64,000 nucleotides of DNA from Candidatus Multivorans sp. (GTDB lineage: Bacteria; Acidobacteriota; Thermoanaerobaculia; Multivoradales; Multivoraceae), in contig OZ251997.1 of the NCBI GenBank assembly GCA_965247095.1, positions 4,512,001-4,576,000 on the forward strand, written 5' to 3'. The translations under genes were made by a program, and so were the position numbers. How positions within the stretch are numbered: the first letter of the stretch is position 1; each line of letters starts with the position of its first letter. Positions 12,075 through 23,937 of the stretch are shown here, piece by piece. Below the pieces are notes generated by a model. That model searched no databases, was not told where the DNA came from, and saw only the letters and a program-made list of their open reading frames with translations.

Positions 12075-13067
12075 ATGAGCGACACCTTTCGAGCCGTCGT
12101 CGTCGACAAGGTCGACGACCGGCACACGGTCAACCTGCGCGACCTGACCCCAGGCGATCTGCCGGAGCACGACGTGCTGGTGGATGTCGAGTACTCCACC
12201 CTGAACTACAAGGACGGGCTGGCGATTACCGGCGCCGCGCCCATCTGCCGTTCCGTGCCCATGGTCTGCGGCGTCGACCTGGCGGGCACCGTGGCGGAGT
12301 CCGCCTCGGACGCGTTCTCGCCCGGCGACCGGGTGCTGGTCAACGGCTACGGCCTGAGCGAAAGCCACTGGGGTGGCTACTCGCAGAAGGCGCGGATGAA
12401 GTCGGACTGGCTGGTGCCGGTGCCGGACGCCTTCACGACCCAGCAGGCGATGGCGATCGGCACCGCCGGTTACACGGCGATGCTGTGCGTGATGGCGTTG
12501 CAGAATCACGGCGTGACGCCGGAGAGCGGCGATGTCGTCGTGACCGGCGCCGCCGGCGGGGTGGGCTCGGTGGCGGTGGCGCTGCTGGCGCGGGCCGGCT
12601 ACCGCGTGATCGCCTCCACCGGACGCGAGGCGGAGCATGACTACCTGCGTAGTCTGGGCGCGGCCGACTTCCTCGCCCGCGACACGTTGTCCGCGAAGCC
12701 GCGGCCGATCGGCCGCGAGAACTGGGCCGGCGCCGTGGACGTCGTCGGATCGTCGACGCTGGCGAACCTGATCGCCCAGACCCGCTACGGCGGCTGCGTT
12801 GCCGCCTGCGGACTGGCCGGCGGGATGGACCTGCCGTCGAGCGTCTACCCCTTCATCCTGCGCGGCGTGGTCCTCGCCGGCGTCGATTCGGTGATGGCGC
12901 CGATGGAACTGCGGCGGGAAGCGTGGAACCGTCTGGCCGCGGAGCTTCCGGCCGACCTGTTGTCCGAGATGACGACGGTCGAGCCGATGAGCCGGATCGA
13001 GGAGCTGGCGGCTTCGATCCTGGCCGGTGAGACCCGTGGGCGGGTGGTCATCGACGTGAACGCCTAG
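12075..13067 (+). CDS. acuI: YhdH/AcuI-family acryloyl-CoA reductase (MDR superfamily)
   Basis: YSTLNYKDGLA, AMAIGTAGYTA, TGAAGGVGS, ACGLAGGMDLP, PFILRGV..GVDSV. Confidence 0.85.
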   Translation: MSDTFRAVVVDKVDDRHTVNLRDLTPGDLPEHDVLVDVEYSTLNYKDGLAITGAAPICRSVPMVCGVDLAGTVAESASDAFSPGDRVLVNGYGLSESHWGGYSQKARMKSDWLVPVPDAFTTQQAMAIGTAGYTAMLCVMALQNHGVTPESGDVVVTGAAGGVGSVAVALLARAGYRVIASTGREAEHDYLRSLGAADFLARDTLSAKPRPIGRENWAGAVDVVGSSTLANLIAQTRYGGCVAACGLAGGMDLPSSVYPFILRGVVLAGVDSVMAPMELRREAWNRLAAELPADLLSEMTTVEPMSRIEELAASILAGETRGRVVIDVNA

Positions 13068-13093
13068 CAGCCAACGGCGCACAGGAGGATCGA

Positions 13094-15181
<2,088 letters not shown>

Positions 15182-15239
15182 GGGTTTGAACGTAGGATGC
15201 ACCGGCCCGACCCGGTCACCAACCAAGAGGAGAGGAACG

Positions 15240-16208
15240 ATGATCCGAGTGAGTGGAAAGACGACACGACGGCGCCTCATGGCTGCGGCCGCCGGTGTTC
15301 TACTGCTGGCGATGACTGGGGGAGCGGCAATGGGCAGCGACTTGATGGACCGCGTGGAGCACGGCTTCGCCGACTCGGATGGCGTGAAGATCCACTTTGC
15401 TTCGATCGGCGAGGGCCCGCTGGTCGTGATGATCCACGGCTTCCCGGACTTCTGGTACTCGTGGCGGCACCAGATGGAGGCGCTCTCAAGCGACTTCCAG
15501 GTCGTGGCGATCGATCAGCGCGGCTACAACAAAAGCGACTCGCCGGACGGCGAAGAGAACTACAACATGCGCTACCTGGTCGGGGATGTCGCCGCGGTGA
15601 TCCGGCATCTCGGCCGCGACAAGGCGACGATCGTCGGCCACGACTGGGGCGGCGCGGTCGCCTGGCAGGTCGCGTTCCACCTGCCGCAGATGACGGAGCG
15701 GCTGATCATCCTGAACCTGCCGCACCCGAACGGCATGGGGCGGGAACTGGCGAACAACGCGACGCAGCAGCAGAACAGCGGCTACGCGCGGAAGTTCCAG
15801 GAGGGCAAGGCCAGCGATCCGGATGTCTTCTTCGGCATGCCGATGAACCCGCTGACGCTGTCCGGCTGGGTACAGGACCAGGACGCCAAGAAGCACTATC
15901 AGGCCGCCTTCGAGCGGTCCGACTTCGACGCCATGCTCGCCTACTACAAGCAGAACTACCCGAGAGACGGAGGCGGCATCGGCCAGGCGCCCGGACAGGA
16001 ACTGCCTCGGCTCGGAATGCCGGTGCTCATGTTCCACGGCCTGGACGACACGGCTCTCCACTCGGACGGTCTGAACAACACCTGGGACTGGCTCGACAGC
16101 GACCTGACCCTGGTCACCGTGCCGGGCGCCAACCACTTCGTCCAGAGCGACGCGGCCGACCTTGTGTCGACCACCATGAAATGGTGGCTGCTGTCGCGGG
16201 TGGAGTAG
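15240..16208 (+). CDS. Alpha/beta hydrolase (soluble epoxide hydrolase-like), exported
   Basis: [30 protein letters not shown]; N-terminal signal-like segment. Confidence 0.88.
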   Translation: MIRVSGKTTRRRLMAAAAGVLLLAMTGGAAMGSDLMDRVEHGFADSDGVKIHFASIGEGPLVVMIHGFPDFWYSWRHQMEALSSDFQVVAIDQRGYNKSDSPDGEENYNMRYLVGDVAAVIRHLGRDKATIVGHDWGGAVAWQVAFHLPQMTERLIILNLPHPNGMGRELANNATQQQNSGYARKFQEGKASDPDVFFGMPMNPLTLSGWVQDQDAKKHYQAAFERSDFDAMLAYYKQNYPRDGGGIGQAPGQELPRLGMPVLMFHGLDDTALHSDGLNNTWDWLDSDLTLVTVPGANHFVQSDAADLVSTTMKWWLLSRVE

Positions 16209-16211
16209 CAG

Positions 16212-16232
16212 GGGCCGCGGGCTACGCGGCCC
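16212..16232. terminator. GC hairpin between convergent genes (possible bidirectional terminator)
   Basis: GGGCCGCG-ggcta-CGCGGCCC; no U-tract. Confidence 0.35.
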
Positions 16233-16246
16233 GCATCTGTCGCCGT

Positions 16247-17359
16247 CTACCAGCGCGGCCGCGTGCTGACGTAGGTCGCGTCGTCGGTGAGTTGCACCAC
16301 CTCGCCGGTCTCGATCTCGATCTTCCAGATCTCCCAGTTCCCCGAGCGGTCCGACTCGAACACGATGAAGCGGCCGTCGCGGGAGAACCAGGGGTGGCCG
16401 TCGTTCGCGTCGGACGCGGTCAAGCGGCGCTGATGCGAGCCGTCGATGCCGGCGAGGAAGATGTCGTCGGTCGGGCCGCTTCGGTTCGTTTGCCAGGCGA
16501 TCGTCCGGCCGTCGGGTGAGACGGCGGGCCGTCGGTGACGATGGTTGCGGTCGGTGAGCGCCGTATAGGTGCCCTGGCCGTAGCCGTCGAAACGGATGAT
16601 CGCGATCTCCATCCGCCGCTCGCCGTCCAAGGATCCGCTTTCGGCCTGGAACAGGACGGCGCGCTGCAAGCCAACGCCGTTGCCGACCCGGAGAGCGGTC
16701 GTGTTCGACGCGTCGAGCCGTCGTCGATCGCCGAACTCCGTGATCAGGCCCTGGTTGAAGCCGTCCCCTTCGGGACAGTTCCGCGTGTAGGTCAGCTCCT
16801 GGCTGATCGGCGAGATGCTGGCGTGGTGGACCGCGCAGCCCTCGACTTCGCGCAGCACCTCGCGCTCGCCGGTGGCGAGGTCCTCGCGGAAGATGCGGGC
16901 GCCGCCTTCGACCCCGGCGTCGGCGTCGTTGAACTCGGCGTAGACCACGGTTCGCAGGTCGAGGGACAGGGACGGGTGGTCCAGGTGTGTCATCCGTGCA
17001 CGCGAGGACGGGCGCACGGAGCGGTTCGCGCGTGGCGTGGATCGCCACGCGGGTTGCGGCACGCCCTTGCGCACCAGGCGCAGGCCGCTGCCGTCCCCCT
17101 CCATGATCCAGATGTCGGCGCCGCCGTAGAAGCCGGGGACGGTCGGCACAGCATCCGTGTTGGCGAAGCGCTGGAAGACGATCGGGTCGGTGAACTCGGG
17201 CGCACGTGGGGACGCGGGCGTCTCGCCCGCATCCGGCTCGGTGGCAACGCCGCCCGGAGCGTCACCGCCGCACGAAAGCAGGACCGCCGCCGCGAGGGCC
17301 CCGGCCGCTCCGAGAGCGGCCGAGGCGAACCTCCGTGGGGCGGCGGAGCGTTCCGTCAT
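16247..17359 (-). CDS. TolB-like (PD40) beta-propeller lipoprotein
   Basis: Lipobox LLSC; PAVSPDG, PWFSRDG and FESDRSGNWEIW repeats. Confidence 0.82.
   Translation of the reverse strand: MTERSAAPRRFASAALGAAGALAAAVLLSCGGDAPGGVATEPDAGETPASPRAPEFTDPIVFQRFANTDAVPTVPGFYGGADIWIMEGDGSGLRLVRKGVPQPAWRSTPRANRSVRPSSRARMTHLDHPSLSLDLRTVVYAEFNDADAGVEGGARIFREDLATGEREVLREVEGCAVHHASISPISQELTYTRNCPEGDGFNQGLITEFGDRRRLDASNTTALRVGNGVGLQRAVLFQAESGSLDGERRMEIAIIRFDGYGQGTYTALTDRNHRHRRPAVSPDGRTIAWQTNRSGPTDDIFLAGIDGSHQRRLTASDANDGHPWFSRDGRFIVFESDRSGNWEIWKIEIETGEVVQLTDDATYVSTRPRW
16991..17055 (-). repeat. Diverged partial copy of the composite hairpin element, inserted in-frame in the TolB-like CDS
   Basis: Minus strand aacccgcgtggcgatccacgccacgcgcgaaccgctccgtgcgcccgtcctcgcgtgcacggatg aligns with the first two hairpins of the 8752 and 54541 copies. 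Confidence 0.75.
17207..17237 (+). repeat. REP-like palindrome within the TolB-like CDS
   Basis: TGGGGACGCGGGCGTCTCGCCCGCATCCGG; matches the copies at 25166 and 44968. Confidence 0.75.
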
Positions 17360-17373
17360 GCGGCGCGGACGTT

Positions 17374-18948
17374 CTACCCGGTCGGCAGGGTGGTCGGCGT
17401 CTCGTTCTCGGCCGGTGTGCCGATCATTTCGCCGAACCCCATGTTCATGAGCATGGAACCGTCTTTCTGGACCGTTCCTTCGAGCTCCATCGTCTGTCCC
17501 GGGACCTGTGCCGTGGCGGTGACGTGGTCACCGTCCCAGACGATGTCGACGATCACCGCGGGCAGGGCAAGCGTGCCGAACTGGACGAACCAGCCGCCCG
17601 GCCTGCCGTCGCGCGGCAGCAGCATGGCGGTCGGTTCGGGCCCCTGGCCTGGTTGGCGGGTGACGTCGAAGCGCCAGGCCTGCCCCGGATCGCTCTTCGC
17701 GAGCTCGGCGAGTTTGGCGATCACCGCATTGGCGGGCTCGGGGCTCACGCCGTCGGCGGCCACGTAGTCGACGAAGCCGATCAGCATCTCGTCCGTCGAT
17801 TCGGTTCCCCAGGTGACGTTGACTGTCGGGTCGGGGTTGTTCGGATTGTCCGCGGAGTTGTCCCAATGCGCGACGACCTCGATGCGGGTGCCGGCCGGCA
17901 GCGCCAGGGGCTCGTCGAACTCGTAGCCGGTCTGCCAGTTGAAGTCGTAGCGGCTGACGCTGAGCAGTTCCCGCTCCTCGCCGTCGGGGAGGTATGCGGT
18001 GTACTTCATGTCCTTGCCGCGGTAGTGCATGTGCGGGGCCAGGGAGCGGACGACGACGTCCTCGGAGAAGACGTGACTGGCGCGCGCCTCGTAGTTCGGG
18101 TCGCCGGCCGGGATCTTGAACGTGGCGTTCATCACCCAGAGGTTGATCAGTTCCTTCTCGACCTCCTCGGGCTCGGCGAACCAGACTCCGACGCGGGTCT
18201 TGTCGGTCGCGGCCATGCCGTTCGGGTGGTAGTGGAAGTCGCCGAGCAGTCCGCGCCCCTTGGGCAGGAATCGGGCGGTGCCGGACGGGAGTTCGTTCGG
18301 GCCGGCGCCGGCGGCCCAACCGTCGATCCAGGCGTCCTGGACCTCCCTGCTGGCCTCGGATGCCCGCCACAGGATGAAGTGGTGGAGCACCTCGCGGTCA
18401 CCGGGCTGGACTTCCACGGCGCGAATCCAGCGGTCCTCCTCGAAGCCGGGCGCGATCGGCAGGATGGCGAAGCTGTCCGGGCCGTCGGCCGCAACGTCGA
18501 AGGCGTCGAACTCATAGACCCAGTCGGGCTCGCCGAATGCCCATTCAGCTTCCGCGGCGGGCGGCTCGTAGGCCGGCTCCTCGCCGTCGCCCCGCGGTGC
18601 GCCGGTTGCGGCCCACCGCGTGATTGCGGCGATTTCGCTGTCGCTCAGGCTGATGTCGTTCTTCCACGGTCCGTAGCCCGGGTCGGCGTCCCAGGGCGGC
18701 ATGTCGCGGTTCTCGACGGCGCGCGCGATGGACTTCGCCCACGGCCGGGCCTCGCGGTAGGTCCGCAGCGCCATCGGCGCGATCTCATCCGGCTGATGGC
18801 AGGAGACGCAGTTCTCGTGGAGGATCGGCGCGATGTCGGCCACGAAGGTGGGCTGGTCCAGGTTCAGGGCGAGGCCGGTCGCGGGGAGGACGAGCAGTCC
18901 GAGGGCGATGGCGGTGGCCGTGCGCATGCGGTGGGGGATGGCGTTCAT
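17374..18948 (-). CDS. Exported c-type heme + copper type II monooxygenase (PHM/DBH)-like protein
   Basis: Signal peptide, CVSCH heme motif, MPPW, candidate Cu ligands LHH..HYH and PHMH..DEM. ATG chosen at 18948. Confidence 0.75.
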   Translation of the reverse strand: MNAIPHRMRTATAIALGLLVLPATGLALNLDQPTFVADIAPILHENCVSCHQPDEIAPMALRTYREARPWAKSIARAVENRDMPPWDADPGYGPWKNDISLSDSEIAAITRWAATGAPRGDGEEPAYEPPAAEAEWAFGEPDWVYEFDAFDVAADGPDSFAILPIAPGFEEDRWIRAVEVQPGDREVLHHFILWRASEASREVQDAWIDGWAAGAGPNELPSGTARFLPKGRGLLGDFHYHPNGMAATDKTRVGVWFAEPEEVEKELINLWVMNATFKIPAGDPNYEARASHVFSEDVVVRSLAPHMHYRGKDMKYTAYLPDGEERELLSVSRYDFNWQTGYEFDEPLALPAGTRIEVVAHWDNSADNPNNPDPTVNVTWGTESTDEMLIGFVDYVAADGVSPEPANAVIAKLAELAKSDPGQAWRFDVTRQPGQGPEPTAMLLPRDGRPGGWFVQFGTLALPAVIVDIVWDGDHVTATAQVPGQTMELEGTVQKDGSMLMNMGFGEMIGTPAENETPTTLPTG

Positions 18949-19147
18949 GTCTTGTCCTTGAGTGTCGGATGGGAGGGTCTTCATGAAACCTCGCGGACGC
19001 TGGATGCGTCTACGATTTGGAGCGCTCGTGCGTCCGAAGTGGTTTAGACAGTACCCGACTATACGGCGCTCACGCCTTCTGGGTTTCGGCTGCCAGCCGA
19101 GCCTGGCCGCGACCAACCCGACGCCGAGGACTGCTACGCTCACCGAC

Positions 19148-20053
19148 ATGTTTCCGGTCGAATCGGCGCCTGATCGAAGCCCCGGAGTCGAGCCTCGACG
19201 ACGCCCGTTCGGCCTCCGTGTCCTGGGGTCTTCAGCCCCCCGGTTGCGAGCCTCCTTTCTGACGGTAGCGGCTCTCTTCGCCTCGATCATCTTCTGGGGT
19301 CAGCCGGCGGCCGCTCAGAATGTGCTTTCGAGAGCGATTCAGGATCGCGTTCAGGAGAATCCCCACACCACCGAGGCCGACATCGAGGCCGGCGCCCGGG
19401 TGTTTCAGCGCAGTTGCTCGCTCTGCCACGGAGCGGACGGCACCGGCGGCGACGGCCCCGACCTCACCCGCGGCGTGTTCCGTCACGGCAGCAGCGATGC
19501 GGCCCTGTTCCGGAACATCCTGACCGGCATTCCCAACAGCGGCATGGGCGGCATCTACCAGCCCGACAAGAAGATCTGGCAGGTCGTGTCCTACGTGCGG
19601 TCGCTCAGCCGCGGTGGCGGCGACGCGGAGGTGCCGGGCGACCCGGCGCGTGGCCGGCGTCTGTACTTGAGCCGGGGCTCGTGCTCCGACTGTCACCGCC
19701 TGAACGGTTCGGGAGGCCGGCTCGGGCCCGATCTCAGCGATCTCGGCTGGCGCCGCGCGCCGGCGCACATCCGCGCTTCGATCGCGGAACCTTCCGAGTC
19801 GATGGCCGATGAGTACCGTACGGTCGAGGTCAGGACCACCGGCGGCAACACCGTCCGCGGCGTGTTGCGGAACGAGGACCGCCACTCGATCCAGCTCTTC
19901 GACGAGTTCGAGAACCTCCGGTCCTTCGCCAAGGCCGATCTGGCCGCGGTCGACAAACCCGGGGAATCCCTGATGCCGCCGCTCGGCAGCTTCTTCCGCG
20001 GTCGCGATCTGGACGATCTCGTGGCCTACCTCTACTCGCTGCGGCCGGAGTGA
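19148..20053 (+). CDS. Di-heme c-type cytochrome, partner of the PQQ dehydrogenase
   Basis: CSLCH and CSDCH, GPDL motifs, SLMP, DLVAYL. Overlaps the start of the next gene. Confidence 0.85.
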   Translation: MFPVESAPDRSPGVEPRRRPFGLRVLGSSAPRLRASFLTVAALFASIIFWGQPAAAQNVLSRAIQDRVQENPHTTEADIEAGARVFQRSCSLCHGADGTGGDGPDLTRGVFRHGSSDAALFRNILTGIPNSGMGGIYQPDKKIWQVVSYVRSLSRGGGDAEVPGDPARGRRLYLSRGSCSDCHRLNGSGGRLGPDLSDLGWRRAPAHIRASIAEPSESMADEYRTVEVRTTGGNTVRGVLRNEDRHSIQLFDEFENLRSFAKADLAAVDKPGESLMPPLGSFFRGRDLDDLVAYLYSLRPE

Positions 20054-21699
20054 TGCCGATGCCCCGAATGAACGAGACGAAGACGCCGGCGGGCGTCCGC
20101 ATCGCGCTGTCGCTTCTGTTGCTCTTGCTCGCAGCGTCCGGTGCGTTCGCACAGAGCGAGGTCAGCTACGAACGGTTGAAGGCGGCGGCCGATGAGCCCG
20201 CCGACTGGCTCATGTACTCGGGCCAGTACGACAGTCAGCGCTTCAGTCGCCTGGACGAGATCGACTCGTCTAACGCCGCCAACCTGCAGCTTCGCTGGGC
20301 CCATCAACTGCCGACACTCGGACAGGTCGAGACGACGCCGATCGTCGTCGACGAGGTCATGTACGCGACCACGCCGGACAACATCGTGCTGGCGCTCGAC
20401 GCGAGCACCGGCCAGCGGTACTGGACCTACACTCATGACGTGCCGGATCAGCTCGCGCTGTGCTGCCGCAAGCAGAGCCGGGGAGTCTCCGTCCTCGGCG
20501 AGCGGCTCTACATGGGCACGATCGACGCCCGCCTCGTTGCCCTCGACGCGAAGACCGGCGCGCTGATCTGGAACACCGAAGTGGGGAGTCCGCTCTCCGG
20601 CCACTCGATCACGGCGGCGCCGATGATCATCCGCGATCTGGTGATCACGGGGATCGGCGGCGGCGAGTACGGGATCCGGGGCTTCCTCGACGCTTACGAC
20701 GCGGGCACCGGCGAACTCCGCTGGCGGACGTACACGATTCCAGGGCCGGGCGAACCCGGCAACGACACCTGGGAGGGCGACTCCTGGAAGACCGGCGGCG
20801 CCCCGACCTGGATGACCGGTTCTTACGACCCGGATCTTGACCTCCTCTACTGGGGAACGGGCAATCCGGGGCCCGACTGGAACGGTGAGGTCCGGGAAGG
20901 CGACAACCTGCACTCCGACTCGGTCCTCGCCATCCGGCCCGAGACCGGCGAGATCGTCTGGGCCTTCCAGTTCACGCCGCACGACGTCCACGACTGGGAT
21001 GCCTGCCAGGTACCGGTCCTGTTCGAAGCCGAGTACCAGGGCCGGCAGCGCAAGCTGATGGCCTTCGCCAACCGGAACGCCTTCTTCTATCTGCTGGACC
21101 GCGAGACCGGTGAGTTCCTGTTCGCTCGCGAGTTCGCGAAGCAGACCTGGGCCGAGGGCATCGACGCCGACACCGGCCGGCCGATCCGGGTTCCCGACAT
21201 GTTCCCCTCCGAGGAGGGAAGACTGGTGGCGCCGGTGATCGGCGGCGCCGCGAACTGGTTCTCGCCCACCTACAGCCCGGACACGGGACTGTTCTACATC
21301 CAGGCCTACGACGCTGAGATGCTCTATTTCATGGCCGAAGCGGAGTACGAGGAAGGCGAGCTCTTCGTCGGCGGCTACGGCAAGCCGGCGGCGCCGGCCG
21401 ACGAGTACGTCAGCGTGGTGCGGGCGCTCGATCCGCTGACCGGGGACCGCAAGTGGGAGTACCGGGTCCAGCCGCGCTCCACTTCCGGCCTGCTGGCAAC
21501 GAAGGGCGGCGTGGTGTTCGGCGGCAGCGTCGCCGGCATCTTCTATGCCCTCGACGCCGGGAGCGGCGAGGAACTCTGGCACCGCCGCCTCGGCGGCAAC
21601 ATCCACGCCGCGCCGATGAGCTACGAGGCCGGCGGCCAGCAGCACGTGACGATCGCCGCGGGTCAGGCCCTGTTCACCTTCGCGCTGCCGGTGGAGTAG
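20050..21699 (+). CDS. PQQ-dependent alcohol dehydrogenase (methanol/ethanol family)
   Basis: Vicinal Cys-Cys (LCCR), GGEYGIRGF, WGTGNPGP, FQFTPHDVHDWDA, ANRNAFFY. Confidence 0.9.
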   Translation: MMPMPRMNETKTPAGVRIALSLLLLLLAASGAFAQSEVSYERLKAAADEPADWLMYSGQYDSQRFSRLDEIDSSNAANLQLRWAHQLPTLGQVETTPIVVDEVMYATTPDNIVLALDASTGQRYWTYTHDVPDQLALCCRKQSRGVSVLGERLYMGTIDARLVALDAKTGALIWNTEVGSPLSGHSITAAPMIIRDLVITGIGGGEYGIRGFLDAYDAGTGELRWRTYTIPGPGEPGNDTWEGDSWKTGGAPTWMTGSYDPDLDLLYWGTGNPGPDWNGEVREGDNLHSDSVLAIRPETGEIVWAFQFTPHDVHDWDACQVPVLFEAEYQGRQRKLMAFANRNAFFYLLDRETGEFLFAREFAKQTWAEGIDADTGRPIRVPDMFPSEEGRLVAPVIGGAANWFSPTYSPDTGLFYIQAYDAEMLYFMAEAEYEEGELFVGGYGKPAAPADEYVSVVRALDPLTGDRKWEYRVQPRSTSGLLATKGGVVFGGSVAGIFYALDAGSGEELWHRRLGGNIHAAPMSYEAGGQQHVTIAAGQALFTFALPVE

Positions 21700-21719
21700 G
21701 GAACTCCCCCAAGCCGGCC

Positions 21720-23108
21720 ATGAAGGTCTTCCCGGAACTCTTGATCGAGGATCTGCGCGCGGAGATCGAGCCGGAGCGGTTGGGGCGCCGGGCCGGCGAG
21801 CGGGGGATGCCGCCCCTCGAGGCGGCGGAGGATCCGGGCCAGACCGAGATCGAGGAGTTCATCGAGGCGAAGAAGAACGAGGCGGTTCAGGTGCGAGACG
21901 CTCAGCTCGAGCAGGTCGACCGCCACCTGGACGAGTTCGATCAGGCCGTGCTCGCCGGTGACCTGGAGTCGTCGGCGCGCAAGGCGGCGACCGAGTTCCG
22001 AGAGGTCGAGCAGAGCGAACTGCAGGCGCTCAAGGCGAGCCTGCACGAGTTCGAACGCAGACGGCGTGACTTCTTCGACTTCAAGCACCGCAACGGGCTC
22101 GACCGTGAGCCGGACTATCTGAGTCCGAGGACGACGGCGATCTTCATCGCGGTCCTGGTTCTGATCTTCCTGATCGAGAGTGCTCTGAACGGCACCTTCC
22201 TTGCCGTCGGCAGCGAGGGGGGTTTGATCGGTGGATGGGGGCTGGCGCTCGGCTTCAGCGTCGTCAACCTCGTGCTGCCGGTCCTGGCCTTCGGACCGGT
22301 CAGCCGCTACGTAAGCCACATCAGCTTCGTTCTGAAGGGGGTGGGCGTGGTCGCCATCCTCGGCTGGGTGGCGGCCGCCCTGGTGCTCAACCTGGGGCTT
22401 GCGCACTTCCGGGACGCCTCGGCCGATCTGAGCGAGAAAATCGGCGCCGAGGCGCTCAGCCGGTTCCAGGCCTCGCCGCTGGGCCTCCACGACGCCGAGT
22501 CGTGGCTCCTCTTTGTGCTCGGCTTCTTCTTCTCCGGGGTCGCGTTCTTCGAGGGCCGGAAGCTGTTCGGGGACTCCTACCCGGGCTACTCCCCCAAGCA
22601 CAGGAAGATGGAGACGGCGCGCGCCGACTACGACGACCTCTGGCAGGACTTGGTCGATCAGTTGCGCACCATCCGCGAAGACGGCCTGGACGCGATCCGC
22701 CGCACGGCCCACCAGGCGAAGAGCCAGCCCGTCGAACGCCGGCGGGCACTCGAGAGCGAGTCGAAGCTGCTGGCGGCGTTCGACTCCCATGTCGAGCAGT
22801 TGCGGCGCTTCGGCTCGATGCTGATCGAGGAGTACCGGGAGGCGAACCGCACGGTGCGTTTCGACCGCGGCAGTCCAGCGGCCCATGAGGCAGTCTGGAC
22901 GTTGGCCCGCCCGGCGCCGCATCGCGTGCGCCGCGATACGGGTGCGGTCGAGGAGGTGGACCTGGAGCTGCTGAACGAGCAGTACGAGTCCGTCGTCCAC
23001 CGCGTCCACGAGGAATGGGAACAGACCCAGTTGCGGCTGGACCTCGAGGGCTCTATGTCCCGCGCGCGCCCGGCGGGGCCCGTTCCAGCGGTCGATGGTG
23101 ATTCGTAG
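21720..23108 (+). CDS. Uncharacterised 4-TM membrane protein with N- and C-terminal helical/coiled-coil regions (operon gene A)
   Basis: Four hydrophobic segments, DSYPGY and YREANR motifs; overlaps the next gene by 14 bp. Confidence 0.75.
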   Translation: MKVFPELLIEDLRAEIEPERLGRRAGERGMPPLEAAEDPGQTEIEEFIEAKKNEAVQVRDAQLEQVDRHLDEFDQAVLAGDLESSARKAATEFREVEQSELQALKASLHEFERRRRDFFDFKHRNGLDREPDYLSPRTTAIFIAVLVLIFLIESALNGTFLAVGSEGGLIGGWGLALGFSVVNLVLPVLAFGPVSRYVSHISFVLKGVGVVAILGWVAAALVLNLGLAHFRDASADLSEKIGAEALSRFQASPLGLHDAESWLLFVLGFFFSGVAFFEGRKLFGDSYPGYSPKHRKMETARADYDDLWQDLVDQLRTIREDGLDAIRRTAHQAKSQPVERRRALESESKLLAAFDSHVEQLRRFGSMLIEEYREANRTVRFDRGSPAAHEAVWTLARPAPHRVRRDTGAVEEVDLELLNEQYESVVHRVHEEWEQTQLRLDLEGSMSRARPAGPVPAVDGDS

Positions 23109-23937
23109 GCGCCGGCGCCGCCGTTCCCGTCGGGGGGACTTGTCGCCGCGGGACATCGCGGTCGGCGCCGGCGCCGCGGTCCTTCTGGGTTTCGGGCTGG
23201 TCGTCATCGCGCGCCTCACGCTGTTCGCTCCGGGGCCGCCGAGCCGCGATCCCGAGACCGGGTGTCCGGAGACGGGGCCCGCGGCCCTGACCGCGATCCT
23301 CGTCGACACGACGGATCAGATCGGCGCCATCAGCCGCGCTGACGTCCTCGCGCAGCTTAACGAGTACGTCGAGACCAGCCGCGAGGACGAGTTGGTCCTG
23401 GCCTACGAAGCCAAGCCGGTCGGCGACGAAGTCGGCGATCCGCTGCTCTCCGTCTGCCATCCGGGCGATCCGGACACCGCCAGCGAGTGGACCGAGAACC
23501 CGCGGCTGATCAGGCGGCGCCTGGAAGAGCGGTTTGAGGCGCCGCTCGAGGACCTTTTCGCCGAACTGCTCGGGAGGGAGGAGGCGCCGACGTCGCCGCT
23601 GATGGAGAGCGTGCAGAGCGTGGCGGTTTCCGTTCTGGCCCGCTACGAGTACACGGACATCCCGAAGCGCCTCATCCTGGTCTCCGATCTGATGCAGAAC
23701 ACGGACCACCTCTCGTTCTTCCGCCAGGCGGTCGACTACGACGGCTTCACCGACACGGTCGGCGCCGATGCTCTGGGCACCGACCTGCGGGGGACGGCGG
23801 TCGAGATCCTGTACGTGCAGCGGGCCGCCCACCGCCGCCTGGAGGACGCGCGCGGCCTGATCGACTTCTGGCAGCGCTGGATCGAGGATCAGGGCGGCAC
23901 GCTGAATCGCGTCTCCCGCATCGACGGCGTGAACTGA
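23095..23937 (+). CDS. Single-TM protein with vWA-like domain (operon gene B)
   Basis: Arg-rich N-terminus then a TM helix, ILVDTTD (MIDAS-like), TSPLMES, RLILVSDLMQN, two Cys (GCP, VCHP). Confidence 0.65.
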   Translation: MVIRRRRRRRSRRGDLSPRDIAVGAGAAVLLGFGLVVIARLTLFAPGPPSRDPETGCPETGPAALTAILVDTTDQIGAISRADVLAQLNEYVETSREDELVLAYEAKPVGDEVGDPLLSVCHPGDPDTASEWTENPRLIRRRLEERFEAPLEDLFAELLGREEAPTSPLMESVQSVAVSVLARYEYTDIPKRLILVSDLMQNTDHLSFFRQAVDYDGFTDTVGADALGTDLRGTAVEILYVQRAAHRRLEDARGLIDFWQRWIEDQGGTLNRVSRIDGVN

